From the NCBI GenBank assembly GCA_030167865.1, contig JALAGF010001205.1, positions 62,001-126,000 of the forward strand: DNA of 64,000 nt, written 5' to 3'. The number at the start of each line of letters is the position of its first letter. Position 1 is the stretch's first letter. The position numbers were made by a program, and so were the translations under genes. Shown here piece by piece: positions 26,644 through 38,471 of the stretch. Source of the stretch: Craspedostauros australis. Its lineage: Eukaryota. Below the pieces are notes generated by a model. It saw nothing but the letters and a program-made list of their open reading frames with translations. It was not told where the DNA came from and did no database searches.

Positions 26644-27170
26644 GCTTTCGGTCCTGTTGTCGCGTTATCTACGGTGTTATCTGCGGCAATAGCTGCGGTG
26701 ATAGCCGGGAGTGGCAATGCCAATGGAAGTGAGGGAAGAAGAGACGCGGCTGTCGACTGTGAGCACCTCGTGTGAATGGTATTAGTGGTGGTATCTTCCT
26801 TGAATGTTGTTGGTTCGTTGTGTCGTGCTTCGCCCTTCGTTTGTTGCGAGGCGCGCGAAAAACGAGGACGAGAAAGGCGAAAACGACACAAAACCAAAAA
26901 ACGAATGATTTTTCGGAGGATCTCCGATTCAACTGATCACGAATCCAAACGAAGGCAATGTTGAATGCACGGAAGCACACCGAGAGACCAAGCGGAGACA
27001 CGCACGTCCACACCGATCGTGAAAGCAGCTACTCTATTTCCAACAATCTATGCGCACATACATGTAGTACACTCATGATCGTGGGTTCTTCCTTTGAGAT
27101 CGTGCGATATAATTATCGAGAGTATAATGCCTTGCAATCATACTGGATTTATCTTGTCGACTGTCTCTCT

Positions 27171-28193
27171 CTAGAACAAATCATCGTCCTTCACCGCTGT
27201 CTTCGACGACGTCGGTATGCCTTCGTTGGTGCCTCCTGATTGCTTGTTCTCCTCGATGGTTCCCTTCGGATACAGCAGCTGTTGACGCAGCTTGTCGTCC
27301 AGCATCTCCGGATGCGCGTACAGCACCACGTCCTTCGCGACAAAGTTGGCAAACGGACGCGTGCCCTTGTACGGCGTGATGTCTGTTGCTGGATCAAACA
27401 CCACCTCCTTCTTCCACCCAAACACGCTGCGGGTCGTCGCCTTGATCATGTAGTGGTTGCACGAATTTGCTTTGGCTGTGGCCGCGGCATCATCATCGTC
27501 AGCAGCTGCAGCACTGCGACTGTCTGCTGATACCAACGGCTCCACATCGTCGGCGGACACCTTGGTCGACGTCATCGGCATCCCCTCGACATTGACCTTC
27601 CCATCATCATCATCGCTCTCGTCCTCTCCTTTCCCATCATAATGGCATTGCCGCACGGGAATCTCCTCCATATTCAGGATATAAGGACCGAAGACGAAGT
27701 GCAACGCGCAGGTCGATCCCGTCGCACCCACGAACGCCACGCTGCCCATGCCCACTTGCTTGGCGCTGGGTAGGTCTCCGTTCTTCAACGCCATCGCGAT
27801 GGGAAGACCGACGATGCTCACCACGCACGATGTGATGCTGACGATCTTCAATCGCGTGATCAGATCGCCAATGCGGCTTTGGTAGATGATGGGCCAATCG
27901 AATGGCGGCGGTGGTACCTCTTCTTCTGTTGTCACCGATGCAGCGTCGTCCTTGATTTCGGCGTCGTTGCTGTCGGTTGGAGCGTCCTTGGCGAGGTCAT
28001 CAGCCTCAGTCGCCTTGCTGGAAGCCTCCGTCGTGCTGGCGCGCCAACATTGGACATGGTGGACAGCGTTGGCTGGCTGCGAGAATAGGCCAGACTGCGC
28101 ACTCTTCGGGATGCTTGGACATCGTCCAATGGAGCGTACCGCCACACGGCTCGATCTGGCCAAGGTGATCAATCTGCCTCCAAACGTCAACAT
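27171..28193 (-). CDS. TMEM70/TMEM186-family mitochondrial inner-membrane protein (ATP synthase assembly factor-like), 340 aa
   Basis: Arg/Ser-rich presequence-like N-terminus. IIYQSRIGDLITRLKIVSITSC is followed by two TM helices, then STCALHFVFGPYI, IKATTRSVFG and RPFANF, consistent with the TMEM70 pattern. Confidence 0.7.
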   Translation of the reverse strand: MLTFGGRLITLARSSRVAVRSIGRCPSIPKSAQSGLFSQPANAVHHVQCWRASTTEASSKATEADDLAKDAPTDSNDAEIKDDAASVTTEEEVPPPPFDWPIIYQSRIGDLITRLKIVSITSCVVSIVGLPIAMALKNGDLPSAKQVGMGSVAFVGATGSTCALHFVFGPYILNMEEIPVRQCHYDGKGEDESDDDDGKVNVEGMPMTSTKVSADDVEPLVSADSRSAAAADDDDAAATAKANSCNHYMIKATTRSVFGWKKEVVFDPATDITPYKGTRPFANFVAKDVVLYAHPEMLDDKLRQQLLYPKGTIEENKQSGGTNEGIPTSSKTAVKDDDLF

Positions 28194-28654
28194 GATGGTG
28201 ATTTTGTGTGGTTGCGGTGGTCGATGCCAACCACGACGGAGCTTCTTGGTGAGTTTGTTCGAGATGGATCAGAAATCGTGAAGCTAATCAATACGAGCTA
28301 ATTTGGATCGGAACTTTGCACCACTTTTTCACGTCAAAAATGCGTTCGTAATTTGCCATTATTCTATTTAGATAGGCTAGGCAAGGCATTGTACGGCCTA
28401 GAGCATAGATCGTCGACTTCATGAACTCGGATAACAGCATTTGGACTTCATGGATTGCGCTGTATCTCCAACAATTGTACTCGCACATCAGAAGCTTGCT
28501 GGAGGAGTATCGACGTGTGTTATCACTCTAAACCTCCACGTCGGTGGATGAAATTGCAACACCCCCGTCATGGGCAATGTGGCTGATGGTGCTTCCTTCA
28601 TCCATTCGAACATCCCATCCATCCAACCAACGAAGAAGATGAGAAGATTCCGCC

Positions 28655-30010
28655 CTATAGCTCTGCCTCGTCGTGTGCGCTTTCAGTACTGTCTTCACTG
28701 TGGCTGGCCGTCTTGGTATGCCGGCTTTTCATCACTTCGACATTGCCATCTTCATCAATACGAACGATCTGTCCCTGACATGTTGGTTCCATGGCCCTGC
28801 AAACGGAGTTTCCCTCCCCGTATTCGTACTCGCCGTGGCAATATTCGTTCCCATTCGCGCGGAACCAACGGCTCAGAGATGAGTCCAGCGCCAAGAATTG
28901 ACCGCCGCACAAGATCTGAACATCGTCGTTGGGCGTGTGGCCCACGGCCAATTTGGAAACTCCCAATTCGGACAGCAGTTTCCGCAAGGTTTGGCAATCC
29001 CCCTCCGGCGGATGGTTGCCACGATACGTGACCAAATCGTATGTGACCTGACCCACCAGATCATCCTGGAACGCCCGCATTTTCGTTTGATGGAGGCTGG
29101 AAGCAATGTTTGCTGCGGCATCCGACTTCGAGGACATCACTTGCTCCACGACATTCGTCACGACTTCCATTGGACGGATGCCGCCATGCGCGAATACGGT
29201 GTTGCGTTCGACGTGCAGGATGGGACGCTGCTCCAACCAATCGCCCAATTCGGTGCCCGATCGGAAGGATGCTATGTAGTTGGATTGGTATGCTGCGAGT
29301 CGCTCCGCAACGACAGCACGAAGCTCGGGATCCGGAATGAATTCGAGGATGGACCTTTTGCCGGTTTCTGGATGCAACGTGGGTGTCATGATGTACGCGT
29401 TGTGATGATTCCGTGCGTACGCTTGCATCGTGGCGTTGAAGACGGCCTCGAGGACCATGCGGTCGGCGGAATCCGTGTCGTCCACGTAATTGACGTATTC
29501 CAACGGGTGCAGCGAAGCGTACGCCAAATCCATGAACCGATGATGATCCCATTCCTCACGGTCGCCATTGCGATCCAGCAGCAATTCCAATTCATGGTTG
29601 CCCATCAAGGCCGTGACGTAGGTGGGAAAGACTACCGTCAAATTCTTGACAAATTCAAGGGTCTGCTTGCACTGTGGGCCCTTGTCGACGTAGTCACCAA
29701 GGAAGACGATCGTGCTGGTTGGATCTGCCCAGGTCCATTGCGACGAGGCTGTTGGTGCAATGTCCAGGTTTTCCACCAACCCAGTTCGCGCCACCCAATG
29801 CTTAGCGCAATCTGCGTCGCCATGAAGATCACCAATGACGTATGTTGAATGTCGATGATGCTGCTTCCCGTTGCTCAGTTTGCGGTGACGATGCTGCTCA
29901 TCAACGCCATCAACGCCATCACCATCCGTATGCAACTTGGCGCTTGCATCTGCGATGCCAACAATGGCAGAGAGGCATTGTGAGACGAAGAACAGCCCGA
30001 TTGGCTTCAT
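28655..30010 (-). CDS. Shewanella-like (SLP) calcineurin-type metallophosphoesterase with signal peptide, 451 aa
   Basis: GDLHG, GDYVDKG, GNHE, HGG, VGHT and LDSSLSR motifs; hydrophobic N-terminal signal MKPIGLFFVSQCLSAIVGIADA; C-terminus ...HDEAEL. Confidence 0.85.
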   Translation of the reverse strand: MKPIGLFFVSQCLSAIVGIADASAKLHTDGDGVDGVDEQHRHRKLSNGKQHHRHSTYVIGDLHGDADCAKHWVARTGLVENLDIAPTASSQWTWADPTSTIVFLGDYVDKGPQCKQTLEFVKNLTVVFPTYVTALMGNHELELLLDRNGDREEWDHHRFMDLAYASLHPLEYVNYVDDTDSADRMVLEAVFNATMQAYARNHHNAYIMTPTLHPETGKRSILEFIPDPELRAVVAERLAAYQSNYIASFRSGTELGDWLEQRPILHVERNTVFAHGGIRPMEVVTNVVEQVMSSKSDAAANIASSLHQTKMRAFQDDLVGQVTYDLVTYRGNHPPEGDCQTLRKLLSELGVSKLAVGHTPNDDVQILCGGQFLALDSSLSRWFRANGNEYCHGEYEYGEGNSVCRAMEPTCQGQIVRIDEDGNVEVMKSRHTKTASHSEDSTESAHDEAEL

Positions 30011-30658
30011 AACTGTGTGTTGGTGGGTGAAGAGCGCCTTGCTCGATGTCTACTTCCACTGTTCGAAGCCCATCGACTTGGGCACATCCAGAGTTTGTGG
30101 GTGGTGCCAATGACACCACCAACTTTGGAGGCGAGGAAACACACGAAAAAATGAGAGTTCGAAGTCCAAAATGCAGCGCCGCCAAATTGCATCGATTCAG
30201 TCAAAAAAGATGATTTACCACATGGTTTCTGCGTTTATCGAGACTTTAGTCAGAAACGACAACAACAGTTTCATCTTGATCAATTCCCAATCGTGCATCA
30301 AAGCAAAATGAACCAGCAGAATAGGATAAAATAAGCATATGTGTAATTGCCGTAGATCCTTGATAGCTAAACGAAACCAAACAAGACGAACGTCATGCAC
30401 ATGAAGCTGCGGCACCGTACGACTATCTTGGACAGGCCTGTTTCGACCGCACAAACGTGGGGATGAATAGGATTGAGAGCCACGTCTTCTTCTGCCTTCT
30501 CGCTACGATCACCACGCACTATCTCTCCTCTCACTTCTCTCGCATCCCGTTACATCTCTCGTCATAATCCCATTCTCCACCATAGGAGCATGTTCCTCTG
30601 TGCTCAAATACCCTCATGACTATAGTTACGACGTTGCGACTGTCGCAACATTTTCCGT

Positions 30659-32221
30659 CTATTTGAGTTTCTCCAGCAGATCTTCCCACGTGTTTACACC
30701 CTCGAACAACCGGTCCAGGTTGACATTGCAAAATTCACGCTTTTCGTATGCAACACGATGAAACGCGGAGCGATGCGCCGCTTCGCCATTGGGAGAAGAA
30801 TACCATGCCGGCATCCACTCTTCCTCGACTGCAAGTGACATGGCCAACAGCTCTGCCAACTCCTCGTCGGGTGGGCAATCCAATGGGAGATCCGCCATGG
30901 TCTTGTTCAGAACCCGTCCATGATGATCCGCTAGCTCGCCAACCACCTTCAATCGCCGCTTCTTCGTCTGCATGGCCTGGCTGATCACACCGCGTTGCGC
31001 GGCAGCGAACACGATGCCATTGTAAGCATACCACGCCATCTTGCGAACGTTCTTCGGCTTGTTTTCCGTCTGTTGTCGCAAGTGCCCGCACGACTTTGGA
31101 GCGTCTTGGATGAAGTCGCACAAGAGCTGCTGCGAGATGTGACGGTCATCATGGAAGTTCATGATATGGATGGGGAATCCGCCACCGTCTCGCCACGCCG
31201 AGATTACGCCGTCCATGAACATGTACGAAGATGCGACGGTGGTGGTGTTGCGTTGCCCGTTATGAGGGGGCGTTGAGCTCTCGTTCATCCATTCCCGAAT
31301 CGATGTCCACGTGTGAGCATGTCCTGTGCCACCATCCTTGGGCCAAAGAGACGAGCTGCGCTGGCGTTCGGTATCCTGTCCCATGAATTGCTTCAGGCTG
31401 CTGAGCATCCATTCGAAGACGCGACGATACGTGACGACAACAGTCACATCCCAGCCTTCCAGAAGATCACGCAAGTTCTCGAAATAAGCCGGCGTCTTGT
31501 ACAGCCCGCTGTGCCTGTACTTGTGCCGACGCGATTCCATCTCCTCGCTGTGTATCAGCGACACGTTCTGGTCTCTTGCTCTGTCGAGGACATTTTTCGC
31601 ATGCGTCAAGCGTGGTGGCACCTTGATGGGCAATGATGGAGACGATGATCCTATCATTGCGGCGGCTGCATGAGTTGGAACGCTGCGGTTGGTTGGCAAC
31701 ACCAACAGCTGCAGCTGCAGCCGCTTCTTGCGCTCCATGTATTCCGAATAGTCATCGATCATGGTGTTCCTTCGGAACATCGCCTTCAACGTGTGCATGC
31801 GCAGGCCCGGGAACGGCGTCCTGATGCATCTACGTCCAGAATGCCAGTATTTGTCTTCGGAGAGGTGCCCATGCTTCATGAGCTCCACCAGATCATCCTG
31901 CAGCGTGGTCGTGGCGGTCTTGGGCGGTCCAAGATGAAGCACCAGCCGAGGCTTCATCGTTGGTACAGACTTGGAATTGGCCGAGAATGTTGGTCGTGGT
32001 TGAATCGCTGCAGCATCGTTGTTGATTAGCGCTTCTTCTGATAATGATGGTCGTGTGGGTATCGACGCGTCATCTTCGTTCACAGCAAGTTCTGTCGTTG
32101 GTCCATCGAATGAAACGTGCTGCTGCGGCACGTTCCTTGAGAGGAGGAGTTGCACCATCAGGAAGGATATTGCAACCAACACCCAAGTCAGCTGCAGTAT
32201 CGCCATCCTTGTGTTCTTCAT
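30659..32221 (-). CDS. Type II membrane P-loop sulfotransferase-like protein, 520 aa
   Basis: N-terminal TM anchor, 5'-PSB-like loop LVLHLGPPKTATTTLQ, SLIHSEE, and 3'-PB-like VVVTYRRVFEWMLSSLKQ. Confidence 0.7.
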   Translation of the reverse strand: MKNTRMAILQLTWVLVAISFLMVQLLLSRNVPQQHVSFDGPTTELAVNEDDASIPTRPSLSEEALINNDAAAIQPRPTFSANSKSVPTMKPRLVLHLGPPKTATTTLQDDLVELMKHGHLSEDKYWHSGRRCIRTPFPGLRMHTLKAMFRRNTMIDDYSEYMERKKRLQLQLLVLPTNRSVPTHAAAAMIGSSSPSLPIKVPPRLTHAKNVLDRARDQNVSLIHSEEMESRRHKYRHSGLYKTPAYFENLRDLLEGWDVTVVVTYRRVFEWMLSSLKQFMGQDTERQRSSSLWPKDGGTGHAHTWTSIREWMNESSTPPHNGQRNTTTVASSYMFMDGVISAWRDGGGFPIHIMNFHDDRHISQQLLCDFIQDAPKSCGHLRQQTENKPKNVRKMAWYAYNGIVFAAAQRGVISQAMQTKKRRLKVVGELADHHGRVLNKTMADLPLDCPPDEELAELLAMSLAVEEEWMPAWYSSPNGEAAHRSAFHRVAYEKREFCNVNLDRLFEGVNTWEDLLEKLK

Positions 32222-32876
32222 CTTGTTTGGTGATGTCGGTGCCCTCCACGATACGAGTAGGTGGAGCGTGGGTGCACGGCTGTTCTTGCTGCGTGCAAAC
32301 GCAGCAAGGCATGCATCATTCCGTGTGGAATCGACGTCTGTTGTCAGGAAGGAAGGTCCGCGCTGCGCTTCGCTGGTGATGGCGTTCGAATGTTGTGAGT
32401 TCCTTGTGTTGCGGGGTTCTCCCCTTTTTGGGTGTGTTGGTTTGGGTGATCTTGTTGGTGAAGATCTGGCTTAGATACGGAGGTGCGGCCAAACGTTCAT
32501 TCAACTCGAATTGAGATGAAGCATCTAAAAGAAGATAGGGAGTCTTGACAATTGATGGGAAGAAGACAAATTGCCGCTGCTCCGACAATCACCAATACTG
32601 TCATCGCGAAGCTAACAAGGAATGCAAGCCTGAACCGGAAGTCATTCTTCGCGCATCCCTCTAACAATAGAGAGATACATACAACTATGATTGCTGCTAT
32701 CTATTATAGATCATTGTTGGATGCCTCACTCTATCATTGGTGCACGGATTGGTAGTTCATAGACTGCTCCTGTTTCGATTTCGTTGTTCGTGTGTGTCTG
32801 GCTGACGTACGTCGTTTCGCGGATGTTGATGTCTTTGAATTTGAGTGGCAGAAAATGCAAAACAGAACAAACGAGC

Positions 32877-32936
32877 GAACGAACGAACGAACGAACGAAC
32901 GAACGAACGAACGAACGAACGAACGAACGAACGAAC
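32877..32936. repeat. Perfect (GAAC)15 tetranucleotide microsatellite
   Basis: 15 exact copies counted, ~335 nt upstream of the IGPS-like ATG. Confidence 0.95.
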
Positions 32937-33270
32937 GAATGAAGAGAGAAAAGTGGCCACCATGGACATCAACGTTGACGGCGGTCTCCAAGGAAAGCCC
33001 CCGTTGCGCGCCGTTGTACGCCAGACACCTCCCACCCACATCAACCCACATGCGACAGAGCGACAGTACCAGCATCAGCAACATCATCATCTTTTCAGTC
33101 CTTCGGTCATTCATTGCTCGACACCCATCCCTTCTCATTCAGAATACCACTAAGCACCAGCATTGTGAGATACGTTCCCCAAGTACTGCCTGCACTCATA
33201 CAAACGAATCGCAACCACTCCAGACAAAGTACCATAGAATACAGCACATCACCATAACCGCACTATTACA

Positions 33271-34383
33271 ATGAGGCTCTCCTTGACATCCACAATGGCC
33301 CTTGCCATGAGCATTGCCTCTTGCGTTCAGACAGTCCATAGTTTTGCTCCACCATCCGCACGACCAATGCCATCAGCAGCGGCAGCAAGCGCAACATCAT
33401 CCTCCACAAGCCTCTTCGCCATCGGTGTCCTGGCCAAAAAGGCCAAGGAGGCGACGTTGCGCCAATACATTTCCGATGGCGTCGAACCCGCCGTCATGGA
33501 GAAGTACGAAGTGATGAAGAAGGCCTTGGCCGACGAGTCCGCACCCATTGATATCACCGACAGCGCCTTCCCGACCCCGCTGCAAGACACGTTGACGCGC
33601 CGCGTCGGCACCATCACACTGATTGCCGAATTCAAGCGCAAAATGGCCACCGGAGACATGATTTCCGACCGCGCCTTCGATCCCGAGCTGCTGTCGGGTG
33701 AGTTTCGGGAATTCGGTGCCTCCGCCATCGCCGTCATGACCGACGAGCGCATGGGAGGTTGCACTCAAAAGGATCTGAAGACAATCGTCGAAGAGCAACG
33801 TCGTGCCCGAATGGAGGTGCCGGGCCCCGTCAGCGTCATCAACAACGATCTCATCATCGACACCTTGCAGATTGCCCAAAGCGCAGCGAACGGTGCCGAG
33901 GCGGCCGTGTTTGATTACGCGTTGCTGGGCGCCGATGAGACTGTGCAATTCCTCAAGGCTGCGCAAGCCTTGGGGTTGGAGTCGATCGTGTCGGTGTCGA
34001 CGAAGGAGGATGCGCAGGCCGCCATCGATCTGGGTGCGCGCATGATCATGGTGACGGGGGTCGCTGATCTGGAGGAGCGCATTGCGGCCATTGAAGGCCT
34101 CACCATCCCGGAAGGCCGCACTGTTACCACCATTGCGAACATCCCGGCTCATGCGGATCAGGGATACGAAGAAATTGAAGAAGTTTGGGCTTGCCGTGAT
34201 CGAGGATACAACGTCGTGTGGGTTAACGATGTGCTGTACAAGGGCGGAGCGGACTCCATCGAACATCCAGGTGCTATCATCAAGAGCATGACATCCAAGA
34301 GCTCCCTGAAGTGGGCATCTCCAATGGTCAAGAGCGGACGCGGCGAAGGAGCGAAGGAATACCTCGGCGATATCCTCATGTAA
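33271..34383 (+). CDS. Plastid-targeted indole-3-glycerol phosphate synthase-like TIM-barrel protein, probably catalytically degenerate, 370 aa
   Basis: Bipartite presequence (...QTVHS-FAPP...). IGPS-like segments: LIAEFKRK, GASAIAVMTDERMGG, DLIIDTLQIAQSAANGAEA, LGLESIVSV...AIDLGARMI. Several catalytic positions are substituted (see findings). Confidence 0.8.
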   Translation: MRLSLTSTMALAMSIASCVQTVHSFAPPSARPMPSAAAASATSSSTSLFAIGVLAKKAKEATLRQYISDGVEPAVMEKYEVMKKALADESAPIDITDSAFPTPLQDTLTRRVGTITLIAEFKRKMATGDMISDRAFDPELLSGEFREFGASAIAVMTDERMGGCTQKDLKTIVEEQRRARMEVPGPVSVINNDLIIDTLQIAQSAANGAEAAVFDYALLGADETVQFLKAAQALGLESIVSVSTKEDAQAAIDLGARMIMVTGVADLEERIAAIEGLTIPEGRTVTTIANIPAHADQGYEEIEEVWACRDRGYNVVWVNDVLYKGGADSIEHPGAIIKSMTSKSSLKWASPMVKSGRGEGAKEYLGDILM

Positions 34384-34525
34384 ACGAGTCGGCTGCCAGA
34401 GAGTCGGACATTTCATACTTTTCTTGAGTATTCGGAGATCAACCAACAGCTAATCCTGCAACCAGCAGCAGTACTAGTAAGAGTCAATCCAGTCGAACTC
34501 AGCTCAACTCAACTCTACCCTATCA

Positions 34526-37500
34526 TTACTGAACTTCGTAGTTCGGGTGCACGGCAAGGACAGTCTTGAGTTCCTCCTTTTTGTTCTTGGGCGGATCACC
34601 AACCGTGACGAGGATACGATCGACATTGATCAAACGACGAATCACAAGGTTCACCTTCTTCTTCATCTCCTCCCTCAATTCTTCGGAATCGCCAAACATG
34701 TCCTCGCACTGGCCGACGTACCAATCCAGCATCTGCTTCCATGTCATATGTTCCGGTGCTCCGGCTTCATCTGTCGACTTGTCTCCCTCTTCTCCATCCA
34801 ACGCAGTGGTCTCCAGTGCCCGCAGATGCCCCGCAATTGCATTGGCGATGGTTTCGTACTCTTCGAATGAGATCTTGGTCTTTTTCTTCTTCTTTTTCTT
34901 CTTCGTCGGTTTCGGCCGTACTTCCGCGTTGGGAACTTCACGACCATCGTCGTTGTTTGCGCCAGGCTCCTGTTCTGGGCTGTATTCGCCAGGTCGTGAT
35001 GCTGCCATCGCGGACTGTGGTTGCGTTTCCATGCCCTGAACAGCATTGTTCGTGTTGGTTTGTGAATCGTCGTTGTTGTCATCGCCGTCGTCGTCATCGT
35101 CATCATTTGCATTCGAACCATTGTTCAATTCCTCTTCTTCCTCCTCATCTTCCACCTCCACGTCCGATGTCTCCACCTGGATGATGCTGGTCTTGAGCAA
35201 TCGAAACGCCTCCCGCACGTAGGCTGGCTGAATTTCATCCGCGCAATACAGACGCGCCAGCGCCTCGGACAACCGCACCATGCTTTCGAGCTGACGCACC
35301 GTGATGCGGTAGGCGGATCTGGATCGACCCAGAGTGTCGCCTTGACGCAGCTTGCGGTAACAGTCCACCATCATTTTTTGGCTTTCGGGTGTGAGGCGTG
35401 GATTCAACGTTCTGGCGAAGCGAATATACCGACGCATCTGATCTCGCGTGAAGGGAGTCCGCACCGCCGTGTTCTCGCATCTATGAACGTTCAAGATGTG
35501 CGTGGCGACTTGCCGATCCGAATCGGGGTTGCATTCATCGAGGACGACGAAAAAGAGATCAAACCGACTCAGGATGGGTGCCGAAAGGGCGATGTTGGAC
35601 TTCAGCGTTTTGGTCCGATCGTACCGTCCGTATATTGGATTGGCTGCGGCGAGAATGGATGCCCGGGCATTCAGAGTGGCCTGGATGCCCGCCTTCGTGA
35701 TACTGATGGTCTGCTGTTCCATGGCCTCGTGAATTGCAACTTGATCTGTTGGATCCATCTTGTCGAATTCATCGATGCAGCAGATACCGTTATCGGCAAG
35801 CATGAGTGCGCCAGCCTCAATGCAGTACTCACCGGTGTCCTGATCTCGTTGAACGGCCGCTGTCAAACCAGCCGCCGACGATGCCTTGCCGGATGTATAG
35901 ACCGTGCGGTTAGGAAGGAAGGCGTGAACGTATTTCAAGAACTGAGATTTGGCCGTTGATGGATCGCCGACGACGCATACGTTGATGTCGCCTCGCAGCT
36001 TGATGCCATCGCTGGTTTGTTTGTGGACACCGCCCAGCAGCATCAGCAGAATTCCCCTCTTCACTTCCTTATGCCCGAACGTGTTGGGTGCGATCGATTC
36101 CACCATCTGATGATTGCATTTCGTCGTTGATTGAGTCATGAGATGAAATAGGAAATGAAATGAAAGGAAGTACAACAGGAGTTTGTCAGCGTTAATGACA
36201 TGCGACGAGCTGACAAAGTATCCGCACTGCCGAGAGCGTCACGATTCTCGATGGACATGTCATCAGGTCCTGTTCCATGCACTCGTACATCTGCAGGCCA
36301 ACAGGGAGCTCACCTGATCGTACAACCGTGGGCTGGCCCGCATGGCGCGGATCTCGGCACGCTGCGCCTCCGTGAATTCCATCGCCACTTCATCCGACGT
36401 TGGCTCGTGATTTTCCACCGTGGCTGCCTTGCCAAATAAGAATGACGCCGTCACTTGTTCGTTGTTGTTGGCTTGCTGCGCCGATTCGGCCGGCAGCACG
36501 GAGCATGCCACAAAGCACAGCCGATAGGTCAGCTCGCGCACACCCAATGCCGCCAGTCCGCGCACGCCCCCGCCACCCCCAGCAGCGGCATCGCTGGGAC
36601 GGACCCGACTTTTGGAGGCCTGCGCGGCTTCCCCAGCACGCGCCAATGCCGATCCGTCGGGTATGACGACGAGACTTCCCGTGAAGATGCATTTATCACC
36701 GGCCTTGGCGCGTTCCACCATCTCATTGCGAATGATGATGTCCATCGATCGGGGCATGGAGCCGGGAGGTATCTGGTTGGAATTCTCCTGCACGCGCAGC
36801 TTCTGCCAATCCACGAATTCGCTCTGCCGGATCTCCAACGTGAATGCCATCGGCGACGTGTTCTTGCATCGTGGATTGCGACAGATAGTGGGTCGGGTGT
36901 AGTGGAACTGCTGTGGTATGCTGGGTGCAACGAGTCCGCATTTGTTGCACCGGAATGTTCCGGCCAGGAGTTCTGGCTTGACGTCAGATGTTCGTGTGAC
37001 CGTGCCGTTGACAGCTGACAGTGCCCCCACCACATCGGTGCGCAGCGTTCGGACAGATGACTCCTTTGGAAGGTTATGCACAGCGACGAAGAACGTCGGA
37101 GGCAGCGTTGATGCATTCGTCGTTTCTCTCAATTGTGGGTGCATGTCGAAGATGAAGCTTTGCACTGCTCTGCGCAGGAAGGGCTCGAAACGAATGAATT
37201 CCCCTTTGATGGCATCTGCCAGTTCTGGATCATGCCTGACAACATGTTCGAAGTTGAGCAGCAATGTGCTTGAGAAACCAGAGAGGCCATCCCCGCCTGC
37301 TCCGTCCTCCTGCGTATCACCAGATCTCCGACTCATGTGCAGCCTCGCTATTCTGTCTGCCTGCTCGGAATATGGGTGGATGTAAGAAACTTGCCGTTGC
37401 ATTCTGCTCTCATTATCATCGTCGCCGTCGTCCTCCTGCGTTTGATCAATCTCATCTCCTTGCACTTCCTGTCGGCTGTTCCAAAAAAGATTACGTCGTA

Positions 37501-38063
37501 TTTGGTTATGGTCGTAATCATGGTCACGGTCACGGCATTTACCCATGTGAATGTTGAAGGTTGAAGATTGCGATTCAGAAGATGACGAATGGCAAGGTTA
37601 GTATGATCCAGTACTCGCCATGCACGAAAGGGCGGGTGGACAGCCCAACCCTCGTAATCACATTATGATCCACAAGCACAGTCCATCTGCATGTCCATTC
37701 ACGAATCTAGTCATCCAAGTAACACTCCAACTCAGTTCGACTCACATCAGCTCACCCCAGATCAAGCCCATCACACAATGAAAGCACTCACTAATCCACA
37801 AGGAATTGCAAAAAGGCTTGCCGCACCAATTCCCCACTCTCATCCACAATTGTGAATTCCGCCACACCATCCGCCGCAGCGCCCATGATTGCGGCATCGC
37901 CATCCATGTTGCGTCCTCGTGCCGTCGTGGCTGCGGTTGCTTCTTCCGTATTCATTGCGGCGACTTCAGCTGCCGTGGCCTCATTCGTTAAATTGTCGTC
38001 GCCGCCACCATCGTGGTGGGGCGGCAACTCTGGCGGTGGCATATCCTCGTCTCCGTACTCCAT
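34526..38063 (-). CDS. MCM6: DNA replication licensing factor MCM6, 3 exons (38063-37792, 37475-36314, 36106-34526), ~1004 aa
   Basis: Introns 37791-37476 and 36313-36107 are both GT-AG and in frame. Zn finger CNKC...CRNPRC, FVDWQKLRVQE..IPPGSMPRS, GVRELTYRLCF, Walker A GDPSTAKSQFL, IDEFDKM, SRFD, AYRITVRQLESMVRLSEA, and C-terminal VHPNY. Confidence 0.95.
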
Positions 38064-38471
38064 GATACAGCTGTTCGTTCGAGTATGAATGTGGGATGAA
38101 GGCGGTGTGGATGTGGCATGGAGTTTGTGGCCTGGGAACTCTCTCTGTCGTTGTTGGTGCCCAATGTGATTGTTGCGCGATTCTACTGTCGGCAGTCGCA
38201 ACTACGAGAAGGAGAATCCTGCGCGGTCGGGAACGCAAGCTAGTTACACGGAAGGGGGTTGATGCAAGCCTGTACGATCTATCCCCCAATTATGGCAGTG
38301 TTGCTCGAGCTGATTGCTGCCTCCTTGGTTTGGTTGCTTCTGGATTGTCATTTGTGTCATTCTTTGTGTGTGTTGCTTCGAATGGCGCCTGTTCGTGACC
38401 GTTGTTTGTGGTTTTGCACGATACTGCAAACCACGCACCTTCGACCAATTCGATTGATTTTGAAAGTTGAC

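Noticed and set aside
32845-33138. ORFs with NERT/SFVR repeats and a superficially array-like repeat
   Set aside because: These are translations of a (GAAC)15 microsatellite. There are no spacers, so it is not a CRISPR array.
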